A DNA stretch of 48,150 bases from an uncultured Flavobacteriaceae bacterium (GCA_964195015.1 CAXMOQ010000001.1:1-48150); one strand, 5' to 3'. Counted from the first letter of the stretch, positions 1-10,059 are shown. Made by a program: numbers and translations. Notes: generated by a model not told the origin, from the letters alone.

Positions 1-410
1 AAAATGTAATGACATCGAGGTACGAGATGCATGAACTCCTCTAAAACAATAAAAACCTTGTGAATAAATACTCTTTTTGCAAAAAGGGCAGAGGCGAGGG
101 AGTCAAAATGTGTATGGAAAGGGAATGTTTACGCTAATGCTTAATCAACCCAAAGACTTAAGAATCTTTAGTAGGTATCAATAATTCTCTAATATCCACA
201 TCCAAAATTTCTGCAATACGCTTTAAATCTTATAAAATATAGATTTAAATGATGAATAAAAAAATTATTTTCATCGTTTTAACTTATAATAACATTGTTT
301 TAAACAGTGTAAACATATCTAAAAACTATATTGTAGATTTACGCTAATTGTTGTAACATGTACTATAATTTATATTATGTAAAATAGAATATATTCTGAC
401 TTAAACACGC

Positions 411-854
411 CTAACCCCAACCATGTTCGATCCATATCTTTTTTTGCTTGTTTATGGCACCATCTGCTAATATACCAAAATTGTTGAGGTGCTTTGTATA
501 TTGGTCATCAGTTAATAATGGCTTGACTGAAGCATTGGTTTTGTTAACCAGTTTGTTAAACTTATTAATAATTTCTTCTTGAGAATTACCAGAATCCTTG
601 TCGTTAAGGCGTCTCATATCAAACACATTGTCCGAAATAATACCTTCATAATTATCTCTTACAGATTCCGATAATCCTAACATATTGGTTTGCTCATAAA
701 ACCACCTTTGTAGATTGTCCTTTTCTTCAGATGAATAAATATCAACTTTGTTTTTTTCTCTTTCCTTTTGCTTCTCTGTTAAGGTCTGGCTTTTAACAGA
801 AATAGCAAATAAAACAAATGTTAGGACACAAATTACAGTACGAAATAATTTCAT
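411..854 (-). CDS. hypothetical secreted protein, 147 aa
   Basis: ATG ORF. N-terminus MKLFRTVICVLTFVLFAISVKSQ looks like a signal peptide. No family recognised. Last gene of a same-strand run 3955->411 with 30-34 nt gaps. Confidence 0.55.
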   Translation of the reverse strand: MKLFRTVICVLTFVLFAISVKSQTLTEKQKEREKNKVDIYSSEEKDNLQRWFYEQTNMLGLSESVRDNYEGIISDNVFDMRRLNDKDSGNSQEEIINKFNKLVNKTNASVKPLLTDDQYTKHLNNFGILADGAINKQKKIWIEHGWG

Positions 855-888
855 AAATAGTTATTTATTGTTATTAGAAATTTAAAGC

Positions 889-1407
889 TTACTCTTTTAC
901 ACTTATTGGCTTTACTTTCCCATCATAACTAATCCCATTTCTAGAAAGACTACTTACAAATAAAGACGCATTACCATTCTGGAAAACGGTTAAAACAATT
1001 TCGAAGTTTTCCCTACTATTAAGTGTTTTTCCTTTTATAATTAGTTTTTTCTTTTTATCAACACGCTCTACATTATAATCTTTAAGATCACTTTCAAATT
1101 TTATTCCACCATCCCCGCCATACGAAATACTTTGTGCCACTCCAAAATAAGGCAATGAGGCATTGGCTTTTAGGTCTTTAACCTTTAAAAAACCCGAATT
1201 TCCTATAAGGTTTATACGCTTACCACCTTGTGTTGTTGCCCACTCTGCTTCGAACTCATAGCTATTAGAATCTATTAAAGATTGTATGTTTTCATAGCCT
1301 TTTAAGTCTGCTTCTTCCTTTAATGCCTTTTTCTCTGCTTTGGTTTGGGCATTTAAGGATGGTAAACAAATAAATAATGTAAAACCTAAAATAAGTAGTG
1401 TTCTCAT
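889..1407 (-). CDS. secreted protein, DUF4251-like, 172 aa
   Basis: ATG ORF with signal peptide MRTLLILGFTLFICLPSLNAQ. The pattern EAEWATTQGG..INLIGNSGFLKV..ASLPYFG matches my memory of the Bacteroidota DUF4251 family, which I cannot verify here. Confidence 0.5.
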   Translation of the reverse strand: MRTLLILGFTLFICLPSLNAQTKAEKKALKEEADLKGYENIQSLIDSNSYEFEAEWATTQGGKRINLIGNSGFLKVKDLKANASLPYFGVAQSISYGGDGGIKFESDLKDYNVERVDKKKKLIIKGKTLNSRENFEIVLTVFQNGNASLFVSSLSRNGISYDGKVKPISVKE

Positions 1408-1441
1408 AGTTTTTTTCTTTTTGATACTTTAACTAATTATA

Positions 1442-1822
1442 CTACAGCCACATAAGGAAATAATTCATCATCTCCTCTTTGAGCTCATAATGCAATCGAA
1501 TATAGGTTTTCATATCGTCACGCAATGTGCTTTGTTCGTATTGCAGTCTACCATCTATGGCTTCTTCATAAGCCACACGATTAATATTCATCATTTTATT
1601 CTTGCATCTATGTGACAATTTAGAAATGGCATTTTTTTCTATCATTAATCTATTCTGAAAATTCTCCAAAGGTTTTAAGGCCTTATGGCTAAATTCCCTG
1701 CTGGCGATCTCTTCTAGTTTTTCTTGAAAGCTATCCATTTCATTGTAATGAAATTTTAATTCTCTTCTCCAAGTTTCTAAATTGAACTTCAAATCACTTA
1801 AATACGATACTTTAGTCTGCAT
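1442..1822 (-). CDS. hypothetical cytoplasmic helical protein, 126 aa
   Basis: ATG ORF, no signal peptide, charged helix-prone sequence. No family recognised. Confidence 0.5.
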   Translation of the reverse strand: MQTKVSYLSDLKFNLETWRRELKFHYNEMDSFQEKLEEIASREFSHKALKPLENFQNRLMIEKNAISKLSHRCKNKMMNINRVAYEEAIDGRLQYEQSTLRDDMKTYIRLHYELKEEMMNYFLMWL

Positions 1823-1852
1823 ATGATTATTGTTTAATGGGTTATGATTTAA

Positions 1853-3955
1853 TTAATTAACTACTAATTTGTTTTGAATATTCCTCGGTACTGCCTGATA
1901 AGCAGAAAACACCGAGCTAAATGTTGCCCTTCCTTGTGTTAGCGACCGCAAATCGGTCGAATAGCCATATAATTCGGCTGCCGGTGTTAAGCATTTTAAT
2001 ATTTGATTATTCCCTTTGTTTTCAATACCCTGTATTATGGAACGTCTGGATTGTAAGTCCGTCATAACATTACCAACCATCTCTTCAGGGACTTGTACCA
2101 TTAATTCCTGTGTTGGTTCCAATAATTTAGGATCTGAATTCAAGAAAGCTTCCTTAAAAGCATGGGCTCCGGCAATTTTAAAGGATATGTCATTGGAGTC
2201 AACCGAGTGCATTTTACCATCATACACCATAACTCTAACATCGCGGATGTACGATTTTGTTAAAGGTCCCGATGCCATAACTTCTAAAATGCCTTTCATG
2301 ATAGAAGGTAAATAACGCAGATCAATTACACCGCCAACAATGCAATTATAGAACAATAATTTTCCACCCCAAGGAAGCTCCAGTTCTTCTTTTCCTCGTA
2401 TATTAAATCCTTGTGGCTCCTCTATACCTTCATGCCATGGCTCTACTTTTAAGTGAACTTCTGCAAATTGCCCAGAGCCTCCAGATTGCTTTTTATGTCT
2501 GTAATTTGCCGTAGACGAACGTTGAATGGTTTCCCGATAAACAATTTTTGGTTTTTCAAATTTTGTCTGAACGCCATAATGATGATTCAATGCCCATTTT
2601 ATTGTTGCTAAATGTAATTCGCCTTGACACCCTACTAATAATTGCTTGGATTCTTTTGAATAAGTGATAACAACCGTTGGGTCTTGACTATGGATTTTTT
2701 TAAGGGCGTCACTTAATTTTTCTTCATCATTTTTATCTTCGGCATAAACCACTTTGGTAATTCGTGGCTCTGGGTATTTAATAGGCTTAATAGTGACCGG
2801 GAATTTTTTATCGCTCAAAGTATCACTGGTTTCGGTGTATTTTAGTTTTAAAGTAGCGCCAATATCACCTACCGTTAATTTTTGAACGTTATTACGGTCT
2901 TTACCATCCATGATAAACAATTGGTTTATAATTTCGATTTCACCATTTCTGGAATTTACGAGTTTATCGTTTAATTTGACTTCACCAGAACTCACTTTAA
3001 AAAACGTTACCTGTCCCAAATTGGGTTGATGAAACGTTTTAAAAACAAATAAGGACGTCTTTGCGTCCTTATTTGGTATTATTTCTTTGCCTTCTACACT
3101 TTGCTCTGGCTTTAAATCGGCTGAAGCCGGTGCAACATTGTCAATGAAACCCATGAGTCTGCCAGATCCCATATCATTTAAGGCCGACATGCAAAATACC
3201 GGAAACAGTTCGTGGTTTAACATGCCTGCTTTTATACCTTTACGCATTTCGTCTTCATTCAAGGTGCCTTTTTCAAAAAACAATTCTAATAACTCTTCGT
3301 CATTTTCGGCAGCTTTTTCCACCAACTCATTATTCAATTTATCGGCTATTCCTTTCTGATCTTCAGGGATTTCCAATTTTTCTGGCTTCCCTCCTTCGGC
3401 AGAAAACTTATAGAGTTTCATTTTTAAAACATCAATAATGCACTGTGCACCATTTATAACTAATGGATATTGCATTTTAACTATGTTATTACCAACCAAA
3501 TTCTTTAAGCTCTTAAAACTATCATCAAAATCTGCTTTCGCATGATCTATCTGGTTGACAACAAAAAGTGTTGGTTTATGGTACTTATCGATATAACTCC
3601 AAATTATTTCGGTGCCAATTTCACAACCATGCCTTGCATTAATAACATTTACAACCGTATCGGCGACTCTAATGGACGAAATAATTTCGCCAATAAAATC
3701 GTCTAATCCGGGCGTATCGATAATATTGATTTTATAATTGCGCCATTCGGTGTGCAACGGCGTTGCAAAAATAGAGTTGCTTCGCTCCTGCTCAATGTCG
3801 TGAAAATCGGAAACGGTATTTTTAGATTCTATTGTACCGCGTCTGTTAATTAAACCTGCTTCGAACAACATGGTTTCTGCCATTGTCGTTTTACCACAGC
3901 CATGTGCCCCAACAAAGACTACATTTTTTATGTGTTTATCGTCAAATACTTTCAT
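1853..3955 (-). CDS. elongation factor G family paralogue (700 aa) with non-canonical switch II
   Basis: P-loop GAHGCGKTT, DTPG and NQID (NKxD-like). EF-G length with the GELHL motif of later domains. Switch II reads DTPGLDDF instead of DTPGH. Confidence 0.9.
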   Translation of the reverse strand: MKVFDDKHIKNVVFVGAHGCGKTTMAETMLFEAGLINRRGTIESKNTVSDFHDIEQERSNSIFATPLHTEWRNYKINIIDTPGLDDFIGEIISSIRVADTVVNVINARHGCEIGTEIIWSYIDKYHKPTLFVVNQIDHAKADFDDSFKSLKNLVGNNIVKMQYPLVINGAQCIIDVLKMKLYKFSAEGGKPEKLEIPEDQKGIADKLNNELVEKAAENDEELLELFFEKGTLNEDEMRKGIKAGMLNHELFPVFCMSALNDMGSGRLMGFIDNVAPASADLKPEQSVEGKEIIPNKDAKTSLFVFKTFHQPNLGQVTFFKVSSGEVKLNDKLVNSRNGEIEIINQLFIMDGKDRNNVQKLTVGDIGATLKLKYTETSDTLSDKKFPVTIKPIKYPEPRITKVVYAEDKNDEEKLSDALKKIHSQDPTVVITYSKESKQLLVGCQGELHLATIKWALNHHYGVQTKFEKPKIVYRETIQRSSTANYRHKKQSGGSGQFAEVHLKVEPWHEGIEEPQGFNIRGKEELELPWGGKLLFYNCIVGGVIDLRYLPSIMKGILEVMASGPLTKSYIRDVRVMVYDGKMHSVDSNDISFKIAGAHAFKEAFLNSDPKLLEPTQELMVQVPEEMVGNVMTDLQSRRSIIQGIENKGNNQILKCLTPAAELYGYSTDLRSLTQGRATFSSVFSAYQAVPRNIQNKLVVN

Positions 3956-4171
3956 AGGATATTTATTTCATTAGTCTAACAAAGCTAGATTCAATTTTCA
4001 TTGAAAAATATGATTTTTGTTAGCAAATACAACCAATCTACAAATAGATTTCAGTAAATCTGTGGTAAGAGTATGAATATACTAATATTCAACATTTAAT
4101 CAAAAAAAAAATGCCATTTATTGAATATTAAATTTGAAGTGCACATTAAAATCAACACTTTATAAATAAAA

Positions 4172-4307
4172 AAGAGGCTGTCTGAAAAGTCATTCTATTT
4201 TGATTTGTCAGGTTGAGCTTGTCGAAACCAATATTGATTATCAATACATTAAAAATATTTCGACAAGCTCAATATGACATAGAACTTTACTTTTCAGACA
4301 GCCTCTT
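4172..4307. repeat. nested-palindrome intergenic element, copy A (about 136 bp); acts as a hairpin plus T-run on the minus strand
   Basis: Perfect 19-bp outer arms AAGAGGCTGTCTGAAAAGT (4172-4190) and ACTTTTCAGACAGCCTCTT (4289-4307). Inner arms GAGCTTGTCGAAA / TTTCGACAAGCTC. On the minus strand the element is followed by a T-run (plus-strand A-run 4168-4171), downstream of the M16 peptidase gene. Confidence 0.75.
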
Positions 4308-4461
4308 AAAACTTTTAATCCTCCTTCGCATTCCGCTATGGCGGTCGAGAAGACTTGGTTTAATTCCCCGACCTTCTGGATCGGAATTCAGGATGTTTGC
4401 ATTGCAAACTCAATTTAATACCTCGTATGCTTGCGTCGAATTAGTTTATTACAAATTATTT

Positions 4462-7278
4462 TTAAAGAGGGTCTCCGTAAATATCCAATTCGATAACGGA
4501 TTTCCCGAATTTTTTAACTTCTTCAAATTGAGTAGCTTTATCACCAACCACTATATAAATCATATTTTCTTCTAGTAGGTACTCATTAATAACAGATTTA
4601 TAATCTTCTAAAGTCATGGCAATTAATTCGTTTTGGTCATCTTCCATAAAGGTCTTGGATTTGTTGTATTTACTCAATTCTCCCAAAATTCCTAATTGAG
4701 CACCTAAACTTTCAAAGGCTCTGGTATTTCCTTTAAGGAGTTTATTTTTAGTCAACTCTACTTCTACATCAGTAAAATTAGCCGCATAATTGGCAACCAT
4801 ATCTTTTATAATTTCCAAAGATTTTAAAGTCGCATTTGCCCTAACACTCGATATAATGGTATAAGGTGCTATTTCTTTATATTGATTAATTCTAGAAGAG
4901 GCTCCATAAGTATATCCTTTTTCAATTCGTAAAGTTTGGAACAATCTACCACTAGAGCCACCACCAATAATTTCATTGGCAAAACCCAATTTATTGGCGT
5001 TTAGGTCTTCCTCAGACAAAACCAATTTACCAATGTACAAAACCGATTGTTTGGCTCCTAGAAAATCAATAAAATACAATTGATTCTTCGCCGTTTCTGT
5101 TGGCAATGCATTAGTAGGCATTACAACACTTTCACCCGTCCAAATATTTAAAGTTGCAACCGTTTGCTCTGCTTGCTCTTTTGTTACGGCTCCTGCAATA
5201 TGAAATGAGGCATTTTGTGGTGATAAGTTTTTGTAATAGGCTTTTAAATCGTCCATACTAATATCTTTGGTCGTTTCGAGTGTACCAGATGTAGATATTC
5301 CAAAAATATGATTATCACCATACACTAATTTTCTAAAGGCTGATGAGGCTATAGCATTAGGATTTGCTTCTTGTCCTTTTAAACCTGTTTCTATAGCTTG
5401 TTTTAATCGAGCAAACTCTTTTGTATCCCAGCGAGGTTCTAATATAATTTCTTTAACCAACGCCATCGTTTCATCAAAATTACGCGTTAAACAAGAACCT
5501 GTAATATGAAAGTCTTCGCTATAGGTATAAATATTAATCGATGCTCCAAGCAATCCAATGGCTTCTTCTAAATCGGCGGCGGACTTGGTTGCAGTACCTT
5601 CTAGCATTAAATCACTTAATAAACTAACAACACCTGCTTTCGCTTTGGAATCTAATAAATGACCACCAGGAATGGTAATATCAAACTGTACCAAAGGCAC
5701 CTCATTATTTTCTATTCCAAATAAATTCATGCCATTTGCTAATTCACCTGTCCAAATTTTTGGTGACTTGAATAAGGGTAATTCTCCAAAGTCTGGTTCA
5801 CTTCTATCATACTTACTCGGCGTTTTTTCGTACTTTGCTGCAGCGCCTTGGCTTACTTCTTCATTGGCGACATTTTGCTTCACTTCTTCTATCCAAACGG
5901 TCGCTTCTTTAGCATCAGCAATAGCCAAATCTAATTGTCCTTTTGGCACTACACTGGTCATTACATAGTTTTTATCTTTGATGTATTTATTATACACACG
6001 CATGATATCGGCAGCAGTAACTGCATTGGTCAAATTTGCTGTTTGAGTGATATAACCAGCGTCTCCTTTAAACTCATTGTCCCGTACTAATTGGAATGCT
6101 TTGTTTAAAACCGTGCTGATTCCTTGATATAACCCAGTTTCCAATTCTGCCTTAATGCGTTTTAAATCATTCTCACTTACACCATCTGTTTCAAATCTTG
6201 CTAGTCCTTCATCAATTGCCGCTTTTACATCATCTAAATCTTTATCTGCATTGGCTCTAACTCTAAATATAAACTCTCCAGCAATCTCGCTACTACTTTG
6301 GTAGGTTCCCACATTAGGTGCTAATTTCTGCTCTTCAACCAATACTTTATACAAAGGCGATTTCTTACCGTCACTCAATAATTGACCTAAAACACCCAAA
6401 GCATATACATCTTTGTTGTATTCTTCAACCGTTGGAATAATGATTCTTAATTCAGGTAATTTCGCGAAATTATCTTCAAAATATAACGACTTAGATACTT
6501 CTAATGTTACTGGCATCGGTTGTAGCATTTCAACTTCTGGCCCTCTCGGTATTTCACCAAACCATTTTTGAACTAATTTTTTGGTTTCTTCAATATCAAT
6601 ATCACCTGCAATAACTAAAGATGCATTGCTAGCACCATAATATTGCTTGTAAAATTCTTTAACATCGTCTATAGTTGCAGCTTGTAAATCTGGCAAAGCA
6701 CCAATAACAGTCCAGTTATATGGATGCCCTTCTGGGTATAAATTCTTTCTGATAATTTCATCGGTATAGCCATAAGGCGCATTGTCTACGCGTTGCCTTT
6801 TTTCGTTTTTCACCACTTGCTTTTCACGTTCTAGAGCCGCAGTAGTTACCGTATTAATCATATAACCAAAACGATCGGAATCTATCCACAATATTTTTTC
6901 AAAAGCGTCTTTGGGTACTACTTCATAGTACACGGTTCCATCACTCCAGGTTCCTCCGTTCCTACTTCCACCCCATTCCGGGATCATTTTTCTATTGGCG
7001 CCTACGGGCACATTTTCCGAATCGTTAAAACTCATGTGTTCAAAGAAATGTGCAAATCCTGTTTTACCAGGTTTTTCACGATTAGACCCTACATGCATCA
7101 TGGTGGCCACAGCTACAATAGGATCGCTATGATCTTCGTGCAGGATTACTTCTAGTCCATTGTCTAGTATGAATTTCTCGTAGTCTATTTTAAATTCTTC
7201 TGCCTGAGAACTGTCTTTGGTGTTACAGGATATTGAAATAATTGCCAGAACGGCAAATGAAACTTTGAGTAAACGCAT
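4462..7278 (-). CDS. M16 (insulinase/pitrilysin) family zinc peptidase, secreted or lipoprotein
   Basis: HxxEH motif in GFAHFFEHMSF; length about 940 aa. The ORF-track start at 7365 precedes a better ATG at 7278, which gives the signal sequence MRLLKVSFAVLAIISISCN. Confidence 0.9.
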   Translation of the reverse strand: MRLLKVSFAVLAIISISCNTKDSSQAEEFKIDYEKFILDNGLEVILHEDHSDPIVAVATMMHVGSNREKPGKTGFAHFFEHMSFNDSENVPVGANRKMIPEWGGSRNGGTWSDGTVYYEVVPKDAFEKILWIDSDRFGYMINTVTTAALEREKQVVKNEKRQRVDNAPYGYTDEIIRKNLYPEGHPYNWTVIGALPDLQAATIDDVKEFYKQYYGASNASLVIAGDIDIEETKKLVQKWFGEIPRGPEVEMLQPMPVTLEVSKSLYFEDNFAKLPELRIIIPTVEEYNKDVYALGVLGQLLSDGKKSPLYKVLVEEQKLAPNVGTYQSSSEIAGEFIFRVRANADKDLDDVKAAIDEGLARFETDGVSENDLKRIKAELETGLYQGISTVLNKAFQLVRDNEFKGDAGYITQTANLTNAVTAADIMRVYNKYIKDKNYVMTSVVPKGQLDLAIADAKEATVWIEEVKQNVANEEVSQGAAAKYEKTPSKYDRSEPDFGELPLFKSPKIWTGELANGMNLFGIENNEVPLVQFDITIPGGHLLDSKAKAGVVSLLSDLMLEGTATKSAADLEEAIGLLGASINIYTYSEDFHITGSCLTRNFDETMALVKEIILEPRWDTKEFARLKQAIETGLKGQEANPNAIASSAFRKLVYGDNHIFGISTSGTLETTKDISMDDLKAYYKNLSPQNASFHIAGAVTKEQAEQTVATLNIWTGESVVMPTNALPTETAKNQLYFIDFLGAKQSVLYIGKLVLSEEDLNANKLGFANEIIGGGSSGRLFQTLRIEKGYTYGASSRINQYKEIAPYTIISSVRANATLKSLEIIKDMVANYAANFTDVEVELTKNKLLKGNTRAFESLGAQLGILGELSKYNKSKTFMEDDQNELIAMTLEDYKSVINEYLLEENMIYIVVGDKATQFEEVKKFGKSVIELDIYGDPL

Positions 7279-7406
7279 AGTGTTTGATTGATTTTTAGTT
7301 AAGCCATAAATATAATTAATCCTAATACATGGCAATTTTAAAAATACGTTAAATTTAAGAGGCACATATAAAACTATTGATACCTTTGCACCCTAAAATA
7401 TTTTGG

Positions 7407-7694
7407 ATGATGTCATTATTAAACACTTTTAGAGTTATTGCTTTTTTGGAAGGCGTTTCTTATATTTTACTTTTAGGTTTTGCTACTCCTGTAAAGTATT
7501 TATTGGAAGACCCTCAATACGTAAAGCTTTTGGGTATGCCGCATGGCCTTTTGTTTATAGCTTACGTTATTTTTGCTGTGATGTTAAGAAAAGAATTAGG
7601 GTGGAATAATAAAAGTTTTAGTTTTATTTTATTAGCTTCCATCGTTCCTTTTGGCACGTTTTATATCGACAGAAAATATTTAAAAACAATATAG
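7407..7694 (+). CDS. small integral membrane protein (DUF3817-like)
   Basis: Three hydrophobic helices. The ORF-track start 7377 is TTG; the ATG ATG at 7407 is more likely. Family call is from memory. Confidence 0.6.
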   Translation: MMSLLNTFRVIAFLEGVSYILLLGFATPVKYLLEDPQYVKLLGMPHGLLFIAYVIFAVMLRKELGWNNKSFSFILLASIVPFGTFYIDRKYLKTI

Positions 7695-7697
7695 CAC

Positions 7698-8945
7698 ATG
7701 GATTTTCTTAAGCATTTATTATACGATTATTTAGTTTCTGTTGGGGTTTCTGAAACTTTGGCCATATATCTTAATATGTTCGCGTTATTAGTTGTTTTGT
7801 TGATTTTTGTTTTTTTAATTGACTTTGTTATTCGAAAAATTTTGGTAAACGCCTTCAGCCGATTTACCGGTAAAACGAAATCAAGTTTTGACGATATATT
7901 GGTTGCCAATAAAGTTCCAAGAAATATTGCCCACATCATACCGCTTATAATAGCCCTTAAGTTTATTCCTATTGTGTTTTCCGATTTTAAGGACTTCGAA
8001 AACATTGTAGAAAAAGGCTTACAGGTTTTCGCTATAGTACTTATACTCTGGATTGTTAGAAGTATCCTAAATACCTTAAAGGACTACTTTAAAACCTTAC
8101 CTCGTCTTAAAGACAAACCAATCGACAGTTATATTCAAGTATTTATGATTTTTGTATGGGTCGTAGGTGTTTTTTCTGCCATCGCAATTATTACCGGAAT
8201 TCCGTTTTTATCTTTTATTACCGGTCTTGGTGCTGCCTCTGCCGTAATTATTTTAGTGTTTAGAGATACAATTCTTGGTTTTGTAGCAAGTATCCAGGTT
8301 TCTATTAATGATATGGTGCATATCGGCGATTGGATCACATTCGAAAAATATGGTGCCGATGGTGATGTTATTGAAATAAATTTGGCAACCGTAAAAGTTC
8401 AAAATTTCGACAAAACTATTACAACAATCCCTACCTATGCCCTAATTTCCGATTCGTTTAAAAACTGGAGAGGCATGGAAAATTCTGATGGACGACGCAT
8501 TAAAAGAGCCTTACATATTAAGTTAGATAGCGTTAAGTATCTCTCTAAAAATGAAATCGATAAATTGAAAGACATTCAAATTATTGACGCCTATTTACAA
8601 AAGCGTCAATCTGATATTGAAAAATTTAATACCGAAAATAACATTAACAAAAATTTGCTTTTAAACGGAAGAAACCTCACGAACTTCGGTGTTTTTAGAA
8701 AGTATGTAGAAACCTATGTCGAAAACCATTCGGCCATTAATAAGGACATGATGATTATGGTGCGCCAATTGGAACCAACAACACAAGGGATTCCTTTGGA
8801 AATATATGCGTTTAGTAGTGATAAACGTTGGGAAAACTACGAATATATAATGGCAGATATCTTTGATCACATTATCGCTGCCGTTTCTTATTTTGATTTG
8901 GAACTTTTTGAACTCCCAAGTAATACGAGTTTTATATCAAAATAA
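7698..8945 (+). CDS. mechanosensitive ion channel family protein (MscS-like), 415 aa
   Basis: N-terminal TM helices followed by an MscS-type beta domain (IQVSINDMVHIGDWITFEKYGADGDVIEINLATVKVQNFDKTITTIPTYALIS). Confidence 0.85.
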   Translation: MDFLKHLLYDYLVSVGVSETLAIYLNMFALLVVLLIFVFLIDFVIRKILVNAFSRFTGKTKSSFDDILVANKVPRNIAHIIPLIIALKFIPIVFSDFKDFENIVEKGLQVFAIVLILWIVRSILNTLKDYFKTLPRLKDKPIDSYIQVFMIFVWVVGVFSAIAIITGIPFLSFITGLGAASAVIILVFRDTILGFVASIQVSINDMVHIGDWITFEKYGADGDVIEINLATVKVQNFDKTITTIPTYALISDSFKNWRGMENSDGRRIKRALHIKLDSVKYLSKNEIDKLKDIQIIDAYLQKRQSDIEKFNTENNINKNLLLNGRNLTNFGVFRKYVETYVENHSAINKDMMIMVRQLEPTTQGIPLEIYAFSSDKRWENYEYIMADIFDHIIAAVSYFDLELFELPSNTSFISK

Positions 8946-8977
8946 AAACGTGAATTCAATAACATAACTCACGTTTT
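8945..8977. terminator. hairpin between the convergent MscS-like gene and leuB
   Basis: AAAACGTGA-N15-TCACGTTTT. Read on the minus strand the stem runs into TTTTTATT, so it fits best as the leu operon terminator. The T-run is weaker on the plus strand. Confidence 0.5.
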
Positions 8978-9000
8978 AGAATCTTTGAAGTGTTTGACTT

Positions 9001-10059
9001 TTATATATTACTAGCCAACCAATCCCCTACTTCACTAGTTTTATAAGCTTTATTATTGCCTGACAAATCTTCAGTTACAATGCCTTCCGCAAGTGATTTA
9101 TCAACTGCGCCACGAATGGCTTTTGCTTCTTCTTTTAATCCGAAGGCATCTTCAAACATCATGGCAGCTGATAATATTGTAGCCAGCGGATTTGCGATAT
9201 CTAGTCCGGTTGCCTGTGGATACGATCCATGAATCGGTTCATATAAAGAAGTATGCTCTCCTACTGATGCCGATGGCATTAATCCCATAGAGCCGGAAAT
9301 CACCGAAGCTTCATCGGTTAAAATATCACCAAATAAATTTTCGGTAATTAATACATCGTAAGCGTTTGGCCATTGTACCAAACGCATAGCAACTGCATCT
9401 ACAAATTCGTAACTCACCTTTACTTCAGGATAATCTTTTTCCATACCTTGAACGGTTTCCCTCCATAATCGCGAGGTTTCCAAAACATTGGCTTTATCAA
9501 CACAACACAATCTTTTTGAGCGTGTCATTGCTAATTCAAAGCCTTTTTTAGCCAATCTTTTTACTTCTTCTCGAGTGTACACACAATTGTCGAAGGCAGT
9601 CTCTCCTCCATCTCTTCTACCCTTTTCTCCAAAGTAAATACCACCAGTAAGCTCTCTTAAAAACACCAAATCTGTGCCTTCAATACGTTCTCTTTTTAAA
9701 GGTGAATTATCAATCAGAGATGGAAATGTGAAGGTTGGTCTTACATTGGCGAATAACCCCAATTTCTTACGCATTTTTAACAAACCTTGTTCAGGTCGTA
9801 CTTTTGCAGTAGGGTCATTATCATATTTAGGATGCCCTATAGCTCCAAATAAAACGGCATCAGCTTTCATACAAATCTCATGCGTTTCGTCTGGATAAGG
9901 CTCGCCAACAGCATCAATCGCAGCTGCGCCTGTAATTCCGGATGTCCAACTTATTTGATGGTCGAATTTCTTCGCAATCGCATCACTTACTTTAACGGCT
10001 TGTTCTATAACTTCAGGCCCTATGCCATCTCCTGCTAATAATGCTATGTTTAATTTCAT
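9001..10059 (-). CDS. leuB: 3-isopropylmalate dehydrogenase
   Basis: 352 aa with NLFGDILTDE and LLAGDGIGPEV motifs. Last gene of the leu cluster. Confidence 0.95.
   Translation of the reverse strand: MKLNIALLAGDGIGPEVIEQAVKVSDAIAKKFDHQISWTSGITGAAAIDAVGEPYPDETHEICMKADAVLFGAIGHPKYDNDPTAKVRPEQGLLKMRKKLGLFANVRPTFTFPSLIDNSPLKRERIEGTDLVFLRELTGGIYFGEKGRRDGGETAFDNCVYTREEVKRLAKKGFELAMTRSKRLCCVDKANVLETSRLWRETVQGMEKDYPEVKVSYEFVDAVAMRLVQWPNAYDVLITENLFGDILTDEASVISGSMGLMPSASVGEHTSLYEPIHGSYPQATGLDIANPLATILSAAMMFEDAFGLKEEAKAIRGAVDKSLAEGIVTEDLSGNNKAYKTSEVGDWLASNI

Noticed and set aside
1-410. A 410-bp stretch with no ORF. It has a purine-rich GC-richer island (about 85-135), a 14-bp palindrome CTTTTTGCAAAAAG (74-87), a direct 11-mer TTTACGCTAAT (129-139 and 339-349) and one DnaA-box-like ATATCCACA (192-200).
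   Set aside because: I looked for tRNA, riboswitch, RNase P, tmRNA and SRP signatures and for clustered DnaA boxes, and found nothing convincing. A single 8-of-9 box is expected by chance. The window edge also truncates the context, since a gene may start or end just outside.
4213-4575. 120-aa plus-strand ORF (MSLSKPILIINTLKIFRQAQYD...)
   Set aside because: It starts at a TTG inside the palindromic repeat, reads through repeat and spacer sequence, and ends antisense to the 3' end of the M16 peptidase gene. This is a typical spurious ORF generated by repeats.
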